A stretch of DNA of 64,000 nt from an uncultured Actinomycetota bacterium (GCA_963799945.1 CAWCZG010000007.1:404440-468439), one strand, 5' to 3'; counted from the stretch's first letter, positions 1-9,789 are shown. Made by a program: numbers and translations. The notes: a model not told the origin generated them from the letters alone.

Positions 1-354
1 CGCGGCCCGCTCGACGACGCCTTGGCCGAGCGGGGCTTCACGCGCACCATCGCGGCGGTGACGGGGTCGTTCCTCATCGCCGCGCTCATGGCCGGCGACA
101 GCGACCTCGTCGCGCTCGTCCCGCGCAGGCTCGCCGCGTGCTACGGCCCCACCCTGGGCGTGCGGATCGTCGATCTGCCCCTGGACCTGCCGCCGGTCGA
201 GATCGTCCAGCAGTGGCACGTGCGCCTCGACGCCGACCCGGCGCAGCGCTGGCTCCGGGCCGCCGTCCGGCAGGCCGCCCTCGACGAACCGGCCGCCCAG
301 ACCGGTAAGGCCGTCGTCGAACGCCTCGACCGACCCACCGCACCCCCACGGTAG
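1..354 (+). CDS. LysR-family regulator, C-terminal substrate-binding part (gene starts before the window)
   Basis: SDLVALVPRRLA...LPLDLPPVEIVQQWHVRLDADPAQRWLR is typical of NodD/DntR-like LysR C-termini; the frame is open from base 1. Confidence 0.85.
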   Translation, partial: RGPLDDALAERGFTRTIAAVTGSFLIAALMAGDSDLVALVPRRLAACYGPTLGVRIVDLPLDLPPVEIVQQWHVRLDADPAQRWLRAAVRQAALDEPAAQTGKAVVERLDRPTAPPR

Positions 355-434
355 ATCGGCGTCCGGCGGGTCGGTTTGGCGTCGCCGCATACCTTGTGCT
401 TCTATGCATACCGCATCAAGGCATGGAGGCGGTT

Positions 435-794
435 GTGCACATCGACAAGGATCTGGTGGCGGCGGCCGCGACGCCGCTCGTGCTGGCGATCCTGGCCGAG
501 GGCGAGAGCTACGGCTACGCCGTCCTCAAGCGGGTCCGCGAGCTCTCCGGGGGTGAGCTCGAGTGGACCGACGGCATGCTCTACCCGCTGCTGCACCGCC
601 TCCGCAGGCTCGGCTACGTGACGACGGAGTGGCGGACGCCGCCCGAGGGACGGCAGCGCAAGTACTACGCGATCACCGACGACGGGCGGGAGGCGCTGGC
701 GGTGCAGCAACGGCAGTGGATCACCGTCACCCGCGCGTTGGGCGACGTCTGGCGCGGTTCCGGACCGACGCCCCTGGCCTTCGGTGAGGCGTGA
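435..794 (+). CDS. PadR-family transcriptional regulator
   Basis: ESYGYAVLKRVRELSGGELEWTDGMLYPLLHRL...RKYYAIT; GTG start at 435 after GGAGG. Confidence 0.93.
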   Translation: MHIDKDLVAAAATPLVLAILAEGESYGYAVLKRVRELSGGELEWTDGMLYPLLHRLRRLGYVTTEWRTPPEGRQRKYYAITDDGREALAVQQRQWITVTRALGDVWRGSGPTPLAFGEA

Positions 795-2133
795 CGTCGT
801 GGAGGGTGTGGAGGCGCAGATCGCCGAGTGGCGGGCCTACGTCGCGAAGGCCCCGGCCGTCGACCGGAAGGACGTCGACGAGCTCGAAGCCCACCTCCGC
901 GACCAGATCGCCGAGCTGGGCGCGGCCGACCTCAGCGACGACGAGGCGTTCCTGGTCGCCGTGAAGCGGATGGGCGATCTCGACACCCTGTCGCGGGAGT
1001 TCGCCCGCGAGCACAGCGCCCGACTGTGGAAGCAGCTCGTCCTGAACGACGAGGCCCGCGCGTCCAGCGGGGGGCTCGTGGCGTTCGGCTACGCCCTCGC
1101 CGCAGCCTTCACCGTCCAGGTCGTGCGCCTCGCCGCGCACTTCCCCGAGGACAGCCCCGGTTGGCTGTTCCGGAACGCCGGGCTGCTCGTGCTGCCGTTC
1201 CTCGCTGCCTACTTCGCCCACCGGCGCGGGCTCGACGCGCGGCGGTGGCTCGAGACGGCCGCGCCGTTCGCGCTCCTCGCGGTCGTGGTCAACCTCTACC
1301 CGTACGCGGCAGACTCCGGCACCCAGCTCCTCGTCGCGCTGCACCTGCCGGTCGCACTGTGGTTCGCGGTCGCCTACCCCTACATGGGCGGAAGTCTCGG
1401 GTCGCACGAGCGGCGCATGGACTTCGTCCGCTTCACCGGCGAGTGGGTCGTCTACTACGTGCTGATCGCGCTCGGCGGCGGGGTGCTGCTCCTGCTCACC
1501 CGGCTGGTGCTGGAGCCCATCGGGAGCGCGGGCCTGGCCCAGCTCGTCGAATGGGTGCTGCCGTCCGGCGCGGCGGCCGCCGTGGTGGTGGCCGCGTGGC
1601 TCGTCGAGTCGAAGCAGCACGTGGTCGAGAACATGGCGCCGGTGCTCACGATGCTCTTCACGCCGTTGTTCGCCGTGATGCTCGTGGTCGCCGTGGTGAC
1701 CTACGCCGTCTCCGGGATCGCCGACGCCTTCGACCGCGAGCTCCTCGGGATCTTCGACGCCCTGCTCGTGGTGGTGTTGGGGCTCGTCCTCTACGCGCTG
1801 TCCGCGCGCGACCCGTCCCGGCCGCCCGGGCTGATGGACCACGTCCAGCTGCTCGCCGTCGCGAGCGCCCTCGTGCTCGACGTGATGGTGCTGTACGCGA
1901 TCGTGGCCCGCGTCGGCGATCTCGGGTTCACCCCGAACCGCGTGGCCGTGCTCGGCCTCAACCTCATCCTGCTCGTGAACCTCGCCGGGGCGGCGTGGCT
2001 CGCGCTGCGGTTCCTCACCGGACGGGTCACGTTCCACCGCCTCGAGCGCTGGCAGACGGGCTATCTGCCGGTCTTCGCCCTCTGGACCGCGGCCGTCGCC
2101 GTCGTCCTGCCCCCGGTGTTCGCGTTCGCCTGA
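784..2133 (+). CDS. Multi-TM membrane protein with N-terminal permease-prefix domain (PadR partner)
   Basis: DVDELEAHLRDQI...EAFLVAVKRMG prefix, then about 10 hydrophobic segments; overlaps padR stop. Confidence 0.8.
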   Translation: MRRDVVEGVEAQIAEWRAYVAKAPAVDRKDVDELEAHLRDQIAELGAADLSDDEAFLVAVKRMGDLDTLSREFAREHSARLWKQLVLNDEARASSGGLVAFGYALAAAFTVQVVRLAAHFPEDSPGWLFRNAGLLVLPFLAAYFAHRRGLDARRWLETAAPFALLAVVVNLYPYAADSGTQLLVALHLPVALWFAVAYPYMGGSLGSHERRMDFVRFTGEWVVYYVLIALGGGVLLLLTRLVLEPIGSAGLAQLVEWVLPSGAAAAVVVAAWLVESKQHVVENMAPVLTMLFTPLFAVMLVVAVVTYAVSGIADAFDRELLGIFDALLVVVLGLVLYALSARDPSRPPGLMDHVQLLAVASALVLDVMVLYAIVARVGDLGFTPNRVAVLGLNLILLVNLAGAAWLALRFLTGRVTFHRLERWQTGYLPVFALWTAAVAVVLPPVFAFA

Positions 2134-2201
2134 CCGCGCATCACCGATCGGTAAGGTCGCAGACCGTCGATCGGGCCGAGGTCGCGCGCTAACCTCCCGC
2201 C

Positions 2202-2933
2202 GTGAGCGACACCACAATGGACTTCTCGGGTCTCACCGCGCTGTTCATCAACACGACGTTGACCCGGTCACCGGGGACGAGCCACACCCAGCTGCTGATC
2301 GACGCCAGCGCAACGATCATGGCCAAGCAGGGGGTGCAGGTCGACCAGTTCCGGGCGGTCGACCACCCGATCGCCACCGGCGTCTACCCGGACATGCGCG
2401 AGCACGGCTGGACCACCGACGCCTGGCCGGAGCTGTTCACGCGGGTGCTCGCCGCGGACATCCTCGTGATCGCGGGCCCGATCTGGCTCGGCGACAACAG
2501 CAGCGAGACCAAGAAGATCATCGAGCGGCTCTACGCCCACTCCGGCGAGCTCAACGACCGCGGCCAGTGGCTCTACTACGGCAAGGTCGGCGGCTGCCTC
2601 ATCACCGGCAACGAGGACGGCATCAAGCACTGCGCGTCCAACGTGCTCTACAGCCTCCAGCACATCGGCTACTGCGTGGCTCCGCAGTCGGACGCCGGCT
2701 GGATCGGGGAAGCCGGGCCGGGACCGAGCTACGGCGACGTCCTCGAAGACGGAACACGCGCGGGCTTGGACAACGAGTTCACCCGGCGCAACACCACGTT
2801 CATGACCTGGAACCTCTTGCACCTGGCACGCATGCTCACAGCGGAAGGCGGTTTTCCCGCCTACGGCAACCAGCGCAGGGAATGGGACGCAGGCGCCCGG
2901 TTCGACTCCCCTAACCCCGAGTACCGGTCGTAG
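2202..2933 (+). CDS. Flavodoxin-like / NADPH-dependent FMN reductase family protein
   Basis: ADILVIAGPIWLG, GKVGGCLITGNEDG motifs; TAACCT just upstream suggests a leaderless transcript. Confidence 0.85.
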   Translation: MSDTTMDFSGLTALFINTTLTRSPGTSHTQLLIDASATIMAKQGVQVDQFRAVDHPIATGVYPDMREHGWTTDAWPELFTRVLAADILVIAGPIWLGDNSSETKKIIERLYAHSGELNDRGQWLYYGKVGGCLITGNEDGIKHCASNVLYSLQHIGYCVAPQSDAGWIGEAGPGPSYGDVLEDGTRAGLDNEFTRRNTTFMTWNLLHLARMLTAEGGFPAYGNQRREWDAGARFDSPNPEYRS

Positions 2934-3810
2934 CGCCGGGCTCGTCGACGCGGCGGACGGCCGCCGCGCGAAGGGGCGTCATCAGCGTCGGTCGGGCGCC
3001 GCACGAGGCGGGCCGGGCGGCGTCGACCTCTACCCACTCGAGATCGACGTCCCACTGTTCGCCGGAAGCGGTGCGAAGACGGACGGTCTCGCCGCCCTCG
3101 TCCAGCACGACCACGGCGTCGGGCGCGCGGAGGCCGGTCGCGACGCGAACGGCGAGCTCGGCGACCTGCCCGCCCGGCGACCACGTGCAGCGCCCGCGGC
3201 ACGCGTCGGTCACCACCTCGCCGGCCGCCGCGCCGCGGTGGACCGCCCTCGCCGACTCCGGTTCGAGGCGGCCGTAGAGGTAGCCGGTGGGCAGGACCAG
3301 GGCGGTGGGCGCGAACCGGTGGCCGCCGAGGTGGCTGCACGCGAACACGGTCGGGCCCGCGAGCGTCGCGGCAAGGGCCTTCCCCGCGAGCCCACAGCAC
3401 GGGTCGCGCTGGTCGTGCGCGCAGATCAGGAGCAGCGGCTCGGGCACCGGCTCGCCGGGCAATGGGCTGTCGAGGTCGGGCAGCGGCAGAGCGCCGAGCT
3501 GATCCGACCGTCCGACGGTGAGCATCGTGGCTGCCGCGACGCCCGGAGCGGTGTCGACGAGGAACACCCGCCGCTGATGGTGCGGCGCGGGCACCGTGCC
3601 GCGGATCAGCAGCGGTCGGAATCCCGCCGCACCGGAGCGGGCCAGGAGCGTCCGCACCGCGGGATCGGGGTCTTTCGTGACGTCGCCCGGCCACGGGTCG
3701 GGGTGTTCCAGGCACAGCCAGCGCCGCGCCGAGGGCGCCGTTCCGGCCATCGGCTCATCCGCTGCGCGACTGATCTCCGCGCAGCCGTCCCGCGGCAGGA
3801 CCGCCGTCAT
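2911..3810 (-). CDS. Sucrase/ferredoxin-like (thioredoxin-like 2Fe-2S) protein
   Basis: WLCLEHPDPW, ICAHDQRDPCCG, CSHLGGHRFAPTALVLPTGYLYGRL motifs. Confidence 0.88.
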   Translation of the reverse strand: MTAVLPRDGCAEISRAADEPMAGTAPSARRWLCLEHPDPWPGDVTKDPDPAVRTLLARSGAAGFRPLLIRGTVPAPHHQRRVFLVDTAPGVAAATMLTVGRSDQLGALPLPDLDSPLPGEPVPEPLLLICAHDQRDPCCGLAGKALAATLAGPTVFACSHLGGHRFAPTALVLPTGYLYGRLEPESARAVHRGAAAGEVVTDACRGRCTWSPGGQVAELAVRVATGLRAPDAVVVLDEGGETVRLRTASGEQWDVDLEWVEVDAARPASCGARPTLMTPLRAAAVRRVDEPGATTGTRG

Positions 3811-3835
3811 GGCCGGAGGCTACCAACGGCACTAG

Positions 3836-3949
3836 GAGGGTCCTGAAGAATCCGTAGCGAGCGGCGGTCAGGTGGGCGCATCGCAAGGCGGAGGAGCGAT
3901 AAGGCGCGGCGAGGTGGCAGGCCCGGCGTCGCAGTTCTTCAGGGCGCTC
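3836..3949. mobile_element. 114 bp MITE-like element with 15 bp imperfect TIRs and CTAG target duplication
   Basis: Left end GAGGGTCCTGAAGAA (3836-3850); right end TTCTTCAGGGCGCTC (3935-3949, reverse complement GAGCGCCCTGAAGAA); CTAG on both sides (3832-3835, 3950-3953); no ORF inside. Confidence 0.7.
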
Positions 3950-4047
3950 CTAGGGCATTCGCGGGGGCGAGCGACGGGGTGGTCGACCTAGCATCGGCCC
4001 GCGCCGGGAAATCCGACGGCGGCCGTTCGAGTGCGAGGTGGTGGGGC

Positions 4048-5301
4048 GTGGCTCCAGAACGAGCTCCCGACGCCCAGCCGCTCCTCGAACGACCGCCCCG
4101 ACCCCTGACCGGTCTCCGGCAGCTGCGCGACGACCTCGGCCCCGTCTACGCCGTCAACGGCCTCATCGGAGTGATCTTCGCGGCGACCGGACCGGTCGCC
4201 GTGATCCTCGCGGTCGGTACTCAGGGCAGGCTCTCGCAGGCCGATCTCGCGTCGTGGATCTTCGGCGTCTTCTTCCTCAACGGGGTCCTGACCGTGCTGG
4301 CGTGCTGGCTCTACCGCCAGCCCCTGGCGTTCTTCTGGACCATCCCCGGAACAGTGCTCGTCGGGCCCGCCCTCGGACATCTCCGGTGGCCGCAGGTGGT
4401 CGGCGCGTTCGTCGTCACGGCCCTGCTGATGCTCCTGCTCGGCGTCACGGGGTGGGTGCGGCGGGTGATGCGGCTGATCCCGATGCCGATCGTGATGGGC
4501 ATGGTCGCCGGGGTCTTCCTCCGCTTCGGCACCGACCTCGTGCACGCCATCGGCTCCGACGTGGCCATCGCCGCGCCGATGGTGGTGACGTTCCTGCTGC
4601 TCAGCACGTGGGCAGCGCTCGGCCGCTGGCTGCCGCCGATCATCGGCGCCCTCCTCGTCGGCGCCATCGCCATCGCCGTGTCCGGCCGGTTCACCCCCGC
4701 GCCCACGACCGCGGGCTGGCTCGCCGCGCCCGTTCTGCAGGTTCCCGAGTGGTCGGCCCAGGCGATGATCGAGCTCGTCGTGCCCTTGGCGATCACCGTT
4801 CTCGTCGTGCAGAACGGGCAGGGCATCGCCGTGGTCCGCAGCGCGGGCCACGACGCGCCCGTCAACGCCATCACCGTCGCCTGCGGGATCTGGTCGCTGC
4901 TGGCCGCCGCCGTCGGCGCGGTGTCCACCTGCCTCACCGGACCGACGAACGCCCTGCTCGTCGCGTCCGGTGAGCGCTCCCGTCACTACGTCGCGGGCAT
5001 CTTCTGCGGCCTGCTCGCGATCGTGTTCGGGCTGTTCGCCCCGCTGTTCACCCGGCTCATGCTGTCGGCCCCGGCCGCCTTCGTCGCCGTGCTCGCGGGC
5101 CTGGCCATGCTCCGCGTCCTGCAGGCCGCCTTCGTGACCGCGTTCAGCAGCCGGTTCACCCTTGGCGCGCTCGTGACCTTCGTCGTGACGGTCGCCGACA
5201 TCACCGTGCTCGGCATCGGCGCGGCGTTCTGGGGCCTGCTCGCCGGTCTCCTCGTCTCCTTCCTTCTCGAACGCACCGACTTCGCCGAACCCGGCCGTTG
5301 A
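4048..5301 (+). CDS. benE: Benzoate/H+ symporter BenE family transporter
   Basis: YRQPLAFFWTIPG, VVQNGQG, IGAAFWGLLAG motifs; about 11 TM segments; next to ben operon; start could be 3979. Confidence 0.88.
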   Translation: MAPERAPDAQPLLERPPRPLTGLRQLRDDLGPVYAVNGLIGVIFAATGPVAVILAVGTQGRLSQADLASWIFGVFFLNGVLTVLACWLYRQPLAFFWTIPGTVLVGPALGHLRWPQVVGAFVVTALLMLLLGVTGWVRRVMRLIPMPIVMGMVAGVFLRFGTDLVHAIGSDVAIAAPMVVTFLLLSTWAALGRWLPPIIGALLVGAIAIAVSGRFTPAPTTAGWLAAPVLQVPEWSAQAMIELVVPLAITVLVVQNGQGIAVVRSAGHDAPVNAITVACGIWSLLAAAVGAVSTCLTGPTNALLVASGERSRHYVAGIFCGLLAIVFGLFAPLFTRLMLSAPAAFVAVLAGLAMLRVLQAAFVTAFSSRFTLGALVTFVVTVADITVLGIGAAFWGLLAGLLVSFLLERTDFAEPGR

Positions 5302-5309
5302 GGCCTCCC

Positions 5310-5326
5310 CCTCGGCCTAGCCGAGG
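5310..5326. terminator. Hairpin between convergent benE and benD
   Basis: CCTCGGC-CTA-GCCGAGG, 7 bp stem overlapping the repaired benD stop. Confidence 0.4.
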
Positions 5327-6103
5327 TCCCCGCCCGCGACGGGCAGGCGGGTGCCGGTGATGTAGGAGCGCCTCGTCCGAGGCGAGGAACAGGATGGGCG
5401 CGACCTCCTCGTCCAACGTCCCGTAGCGGTGCATCAGCGACGACGCCAGCGTCTGGTCGACGTGGGCCTGCATCCACGCCTTCTGCTGCTCGGTCTGCGC
5501 CATCGGGGTGCCCCGGGAGATCTTCCGGGGCGGCGCCTCGATGCCGCCGGGCGCGGTGGCCACGACCCGGATGCCGTGCTCGGCGTACTCCCAGGCCAGC
5601 GACGCGGTGAGCGCGTTCACCCCACCCTTGGCCGCCGAGTAGGGGACGCGGTGGATGCCGCGCGCGGCGGCCGAGGACACGTTGACGATCGTCCCCCGCC
5701 CCTGCGCGACCATGGTCGGCAACACCGCCCGGCAGCACCACATCGTCGGGAACAGCGAGCGCTGGATCTCGGCGTGGATCTCGGCCTCGGTGAACTCGGT
5801 GTAGGGCTTGAAGTTGATCGCCCCGCCCACGTTGTTGACCAGGATGTCGATCCGGCCGAAGTGGTTGCGTGCCGCCGCCATCGCCGTCGACGCGCCGAGG
5901 TAGCGCTCCAGGTCTCCGGTCAGGGCGAGGGTGCGGGCGCCCTCGCTCGCGAGCTTCTCGGCCACCTCGTGCACCAGTTCGGAGCGGTCCACGAGGACGA
6001 CCGCGGCGCCTTCGCGGGCCGCGCGGGTGGCCACGGCCTCACCGAGCCCCTGAGCAGACCCGGTGACGACCATGACCTTGCCTGCGAATCGGTCGGGATA
6101 CAC
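5317..6103 (-). CDS. benD: cis-diol dehydrogenase BenD (SDR) with a +1 frameshift near 5368 (error or pseudogene)
   Basis: TGSAQGLG, NNVGG, YSAAKGG; removing one base after ...FLASDEA restores SYITGTRLPVAGGDLG* with stop at 5317-5319. Confidence 0.88.
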
Positions 6104-6107
6104 CGTG

Positions 6108-7604
6108 TCAGCCCTTACTTCCGGCCTTTTCGATGCCCGCCCGCATGGTCAGCTTGGCGTGTTCGTTGTGCTCGGCCATGACCGCGCGCAGCCGATCGAA
6201 GTCGCACTTCTCGAAGGCGTCGACGATGTCGCGGTGGTCCTGGGTGATGTCCCCGACCAGTTCGGTCGACAGGGTCAGCACCTCCCCCATGTACTCGGTG
6301 ACCATCAGCTGGCGGTGTGCGTCGATCAGGGTCGGGTTGCCCGTGGCCTCCACCGGGAAGAGGTGGAAGGCGGCGTTGGCCTCGCGGAAGCCCGCCGAGT
6401 CGCTGAACTGGTTGCCCGAGACGTGGGTGGCGGTCGCCTCGGCCAGCCGCCGGTACTCGGCGATCTGCTCGACGGACAGCTTGCCGCACACCATGTGCGC
6501 GGCCCCCATCTCCAGCGCCATGCGGGCGTCGAAGGCCTCGTTGGACTCGGGCACCTTGACGTGGATCTCGCCGATCTCGGAGACGACGCCGGAGCCCGCG
6601 AACTTCTCGTAGTAGAAGCTCATGGGCTGCACGCCCTGGTCGGCCAGGTGCTTGCGCACGGCGTCGACCATCGGCGGCGGGCCGCACAGGTAGATGTCCA
6701 CCGCGCCGTCGTTGAGCAGCTCGGGCCCCATGTGATGGGTGACGAAGCCCTTGTTCGGGTGGGTCGACTCCGCCGCGGCGACCACCGTGGTGAAGGTGAA
6801 GTTCCCCATCCGCGCGGCGTAGCCCTCCAGCTCGCCGATCCGCACGAGGTCCGGGTCGTTGGTGACACCGAAGATCAGGTGGATCGGGTGCTCGGAGCCG
6901 CCTGACTGCTCGATCTTGTGCAGCATCGACAGGAACGGCGCCAACCCGGTGCCGCCGGCCAGGAACAGCGTCGGACGCTGGATTGCGCGCAGGTAGAAGC
7001 TGCCCAACGGGCCGTTGAACTCGATCCGGTCGCCGATCTTCGCCCGGTCCCGCAGGTAGGTGGTGAGCACCCCGTGGGAGGTGTTGCGGACCAGGAAGGC
7101 CGCCTCGCCGGTGCCCGGGCCGGAGCTGAAGGAGAACGAGCGGGCCTGGTCGGTGCCCGGCACCTGGATGTTGACGTACTGGCCCGGCAGGAAGCCCAGC
7201 GCCGACGGGTTCTCCAGCTTCACGGTGAACGAGATCGCGGTGTCGGAGACCCGGTCGATCTCCGAGATCTCGCCCGCGTGGGTCGCGATGCTGGTCTTGG
7301 CCACGTCTGAGGTGGCCGGGATGCGCAGGATGAGGTCGGACTCGGGAACGGTCTGACACGTCAGCACGAAACCCTGCTCGGCCTCGTCGTCAGACAGGGC
7401 CTCGTCGATGTAGTCGCCACCGTCGTAGGTGCCGCTCTCGCAGAACGACTTGCACGTGCCGCAGGCCCCGTCGCGGCAGTCCAGCGGGATGTTGATCCGC
7501 TGGCGGTAGGAGGCGTCCGCCACCACCTCGTTGGGCCTGCACTCGATGAACCGGGTGACGCCGTCTTCGAAGTTGAGGGCGATCTGGAAAGTCGCAGCAG
7601 CCAT
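6108..7604 (-). CDS. benC: Benzoate 1,2-dioxygenase reductase BenC (2Fe-2S/FAD/NAD) with C-terminal FCD-like extension
   Basis: LNFEDG, CRDGACGTC, FLPGQY, RSFSFSS, AGGTGLAPF, YLCGPPPMV, YEKF; then about 150 aa with ANAAFH...GNPTL...DHRDIVDA...MAEH. Confidence 0.93.
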   Translation of the reverse strand: MAAATFQIALNFEDGVTRFIECRPNEVVADASYRQRINIPLDCRDGACGTCKSFCESGTYDGGDYIDEALSDDEAEQGFVLTCQTVPESDLILRIPATSDVAKTSIATHAGEISEIDRVSDTAISFTVKLENPSALGFLPGQYVNIQVPGTDQARSFSFSSGPGTGEAAFLVRNTSHGVLTTYLRDRAKIGDRIEFNGPLGSFYLRAIQRPTLFLAGGTGLAPFLSMLHKIEQSGGSEHPIHLIFGVTNDPDLVRIGELEGYAARMGNFTFTTVVAAAESTHPNKGFVTHHMGPELLNDGAVDIYLCGPPPMVDAVRKHLADQGVQPMSFYYEKFAGSGVVSEIGEIHVKVPESNEAFDARMALEMGAAHMVCGKLSVEQIAEYRRLAEATATHVSGNQFSDSAGFREANAAFHLFPVEATGNPTLIDAHRQLMVTEYMGEVLTLSTELVGDITQDHRDIVDAFEKCDFDRLRAVMAEHNEHAKLTMRAGIEKAGSKG

Positions 7605-7617
7605 GTGGATCGCCCCC

Positions 7618-8109
7618 TCAGACGTGGTAGATGTCGACGACGTGGTGGATGTAGTCGTTCTTCAGGACCACCTTTTTCTTCTTGATGAGCGGCGACGGCC
7701 CGGACACGTCGAGCGTGTAATAGGACGTGCCGAAATAGGGGTCGATGTTCTGGTAGCGGTAATACAGGGTGAGCCAGTTGAACCGCACCTCGACGACGTC
7801 GCCGGACTGGGACACGATCTCCACGTTGGAGATGTTGTGGCCGGTGCGGGGCTCGGGAAGGCTGGTCGCGCTGGACCGGTCGGTCTTGATCCGGAAGACC
7901 CGGTCTTCCAGGCCGCCGCGGTTGTTGTAGTAGATCAGCGAGATCTCCCGCTGCGGGTCGGTCACCAGCGTGTCGTCGTCGTCCCACGACGGCATCCAGA
8001 ACTCGGCGTCGGGCGCGTAGCACTCCAGCCACTGCTCGAACTCGCGGTCGTCGAGGTAGCGCGCCTCGCGGTAGAGGAACTGCTCGACCTCGCTCACGGA
8101 GATGGCCAT
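7618..8109 (-). CDS. benB: Benzoate 1,2-dioxygenase beta subunit
   Basis: FLYREARYLDD, EISLIYY, GLEDRVFRIKTDRSSA, VVLKNDYIHHVVDIYHV. Confidence 0.96.
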   Translation of the reverse strand: MAISVSEVEQFLYREARYLDDREFEQWLECYAPDAEFWMPSWDDDDTLVTDPQREISLIYYNNRGGLEDRVFRIKTDRSSATSLPEPRTGHNISNVEIVSQSGDVVEVRFNWLTLYYRYQNIDPYFGTSYYTLDVSGPSPLIKKKKVVLKNDYIHHVVDIYHV

Positions 8110-8110
8110 G

Positions 8111-9493
8111 TCACGCTCCCTGCAGTGCTGTGGCGTCAGCGGCTTCGGTGGCCTCGGCTTCGACGGCCTTGCGCAGTTCCTTCTTCCAGTAACCGTGCTG
8201 GACCAGGTAGAGCCCCTCGTCCTCGGTGCGGACCCCGCTCGAGACGGGCTCGAGCCCCAACTCCTTGGCGTCGTCGTCCGGGCCGTCGATCCAGTGCTGG
8301 GCGCCGCGGCTCATGTCGTTCCACGGGGCCGCGCCGGCCAGGTAGGTCTTCTGGCAGGACCGGAACTCCTCGAGGTCGTCGGGGGTGGCCATGCCGCTGG
8401 CGTTGAAGAAGTCCTCGTACTGCCGGATCCGCGCGGTGCGCGCCTCGTCGCTCTCGCCCTTCGGGGCGATGCAGTAGATGGTGACCTCGGTCTGGTCGAC
8501 CGAGATCGGCCGGAAATGGCGGATCTGGGACGAGAACTGGTCCATGATGTAGACGTTCGGGTAGAGGCACAGGTTGCGCGAGTACTTCAGCATCCAGTCC
8601 GCGCGGGCCTGCCCGAACTGCGTCGCCCATTCCTCGCGGCGGTCCCACAACGGGCGGTCTTCGGGGTTGCCCCATTCGTTCCAGAGCAGCACGTGCCCGT
8701 TCTCCCAGGCGTAGTAGCCGCCGCGCAGCTTGCCCCACTGGCCCGCGTCCATCGCCTTCGTCTCCGTGGCGGACTCACCCGAGGTGCGCCGCGACGTCGT
8801 GGCCGCGTAGTTCCAGTGCGTCGCCGACACGTGGTAGCCGTCGGCGCCGTTCTCCGCCTGCACCTTCCAGTTGCCGTCGTAGGTGTAGGTCGAGGCGCCC
8901 TTCAGCACCTCCAGTCCGTCGGGGGACTGGTCGACGATCATGTCGATGATCTTCGCGGCGCCACCCAGGAACTCGGGCAGCGGCAGGACGTCGGGGTTGA
9001 GGCTGCCGAACAGGAAGCCGCGGTAGGACTCGAACTTCGCCACCTTGGTCAGGTCGTGCGAGCCCTCCGTGTTGAACTGCTCGGGGTAGCCCGCGCCGCG
9101 CGGGTCCTTGACCTTGAGCAGCTGGCCGTTGTTGCGGAACGTCCAGCCGTGGAACGGGCACGTGAACGTCGAGCGGTTGTCCTTCTTGCGACGGCACAGC
9201 ATCGCGCCGCGGTGGCTGCAGGCGTTGATCAACGCGTGCAGCTCGCCGGTCTTGTCCCGCGAGATCACCACCGGCTGTCGGCCGATGTAGGTGGTCAGGT
9301 AGTCGTTGTTGTTCGGGATCTGGCTCTCGTGCGCCAGATAGATCCAGTTGCCTTCGAAGATGTACTTCATCTCGAGCTCGAACAGGTCGGGGTCGGTGAA
9401 CGCCTCGCGTCGCCCGCGGTAGCGCCCCTGCGCGGGGTCCGCCTCCAGCGCCCCATCGATCTTCTGCCGAATCTCGTCCAACGTCAGCGTCAT
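8111..9493 (-). CDS. benA: Benzoate 1,2-dioxygenase alpha subunit
   Basis: Rieske CSHRG...[40 protein letters not shown]. Confidence 0.97.
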   Translation of the reverse strand: MTLTLDEIRQKIDGALEADPAQGRYRGRREAFTDPDLFELEMKYIFEGNWIYLAHESQIPNNNDYLTTYIGRQPVVISRDKTGELHALINACSHRGAMLCRRKKDNRSTFTCPFHGWTFRNNGQLLKVKDPRGAGYPEQFNTEGSHDLTKVAKFESYRGFLFGSLNPDVLPLPEFLGGAAKIIDMIVDQSPDGLEVLKGASTYTYDGNWKVQAENGADGYHVSATHWNYAATTSRRTSGESATETKAMDAGQWGKLRGGYYAWENGHVLLWNEWGNPEDRPLWDRREEWATQFGQARADWMLKYSRNLCLYPNVYIMDQFSSQIRHFRPISVDQTEVTIYCIAPKGESDEARTARIRQYEDFFNASGMATPDDLEEFRSCQKTYLAGAAPWNDMSRGAQHWIDGPDDDAKELGLEPVSSGVRTEDEGLYLVQHGYWKKELRKAVEAEATEAADATALQGA

Positions 9494-9702
9494 TGCTTGC
9501 AGACCTCCCAGGCCGTGTTGGTCGTCTGCGTCCAGGCTGGTCTGCGAGGCACCGGCTTCGCACCGGAGGAACGCCTAGGCCTGACACCAACCCGCTATTC
9601 GGGAGTCCAGGGGCGGAGCCGGGGGATCCACGCGGGCATCCCGGCCCGGTAGCCCGGCGGCCTCCGGGTTCGAGGCCTTCGCCGCAAATGCGGGCAATCG
9701 GA

Positions 9703-9789
9703 GGCGGCCCGTGCCCCGGGGAGCCGCGAATAGCTCCGATGGGAGGGGATGGGCACGGGCCGCCCGGCACAGGGTGTCGATCCCCTCCC
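9703..9789. other. Interleaved inverted repeats (pseudoknot-like or alternative hairpins) in the benA upstream intergenic region
   Basis: GGCGGCCCGTGCCC 9703-9716 pairs with 9751-9764; GGGAGGGGAT 9741-9750 pairs with 9780-9789; inner hairpin GGAGC/GCTCC around 9720-9737. Confidence 0.55.

Noticed and set aside
2895-2920. GGTTCGACTCCC resembling a tRNA T-arm
   Set aside because: Lies inside the flavodoxin CDS (ARFDSP); no acceptor, D or anticodon arms
5201-5316. Apparent benD-benE antisense overlap
   Set aside because: Artefact of the +1 indel in benD; the repaired stop is at 5317-5319
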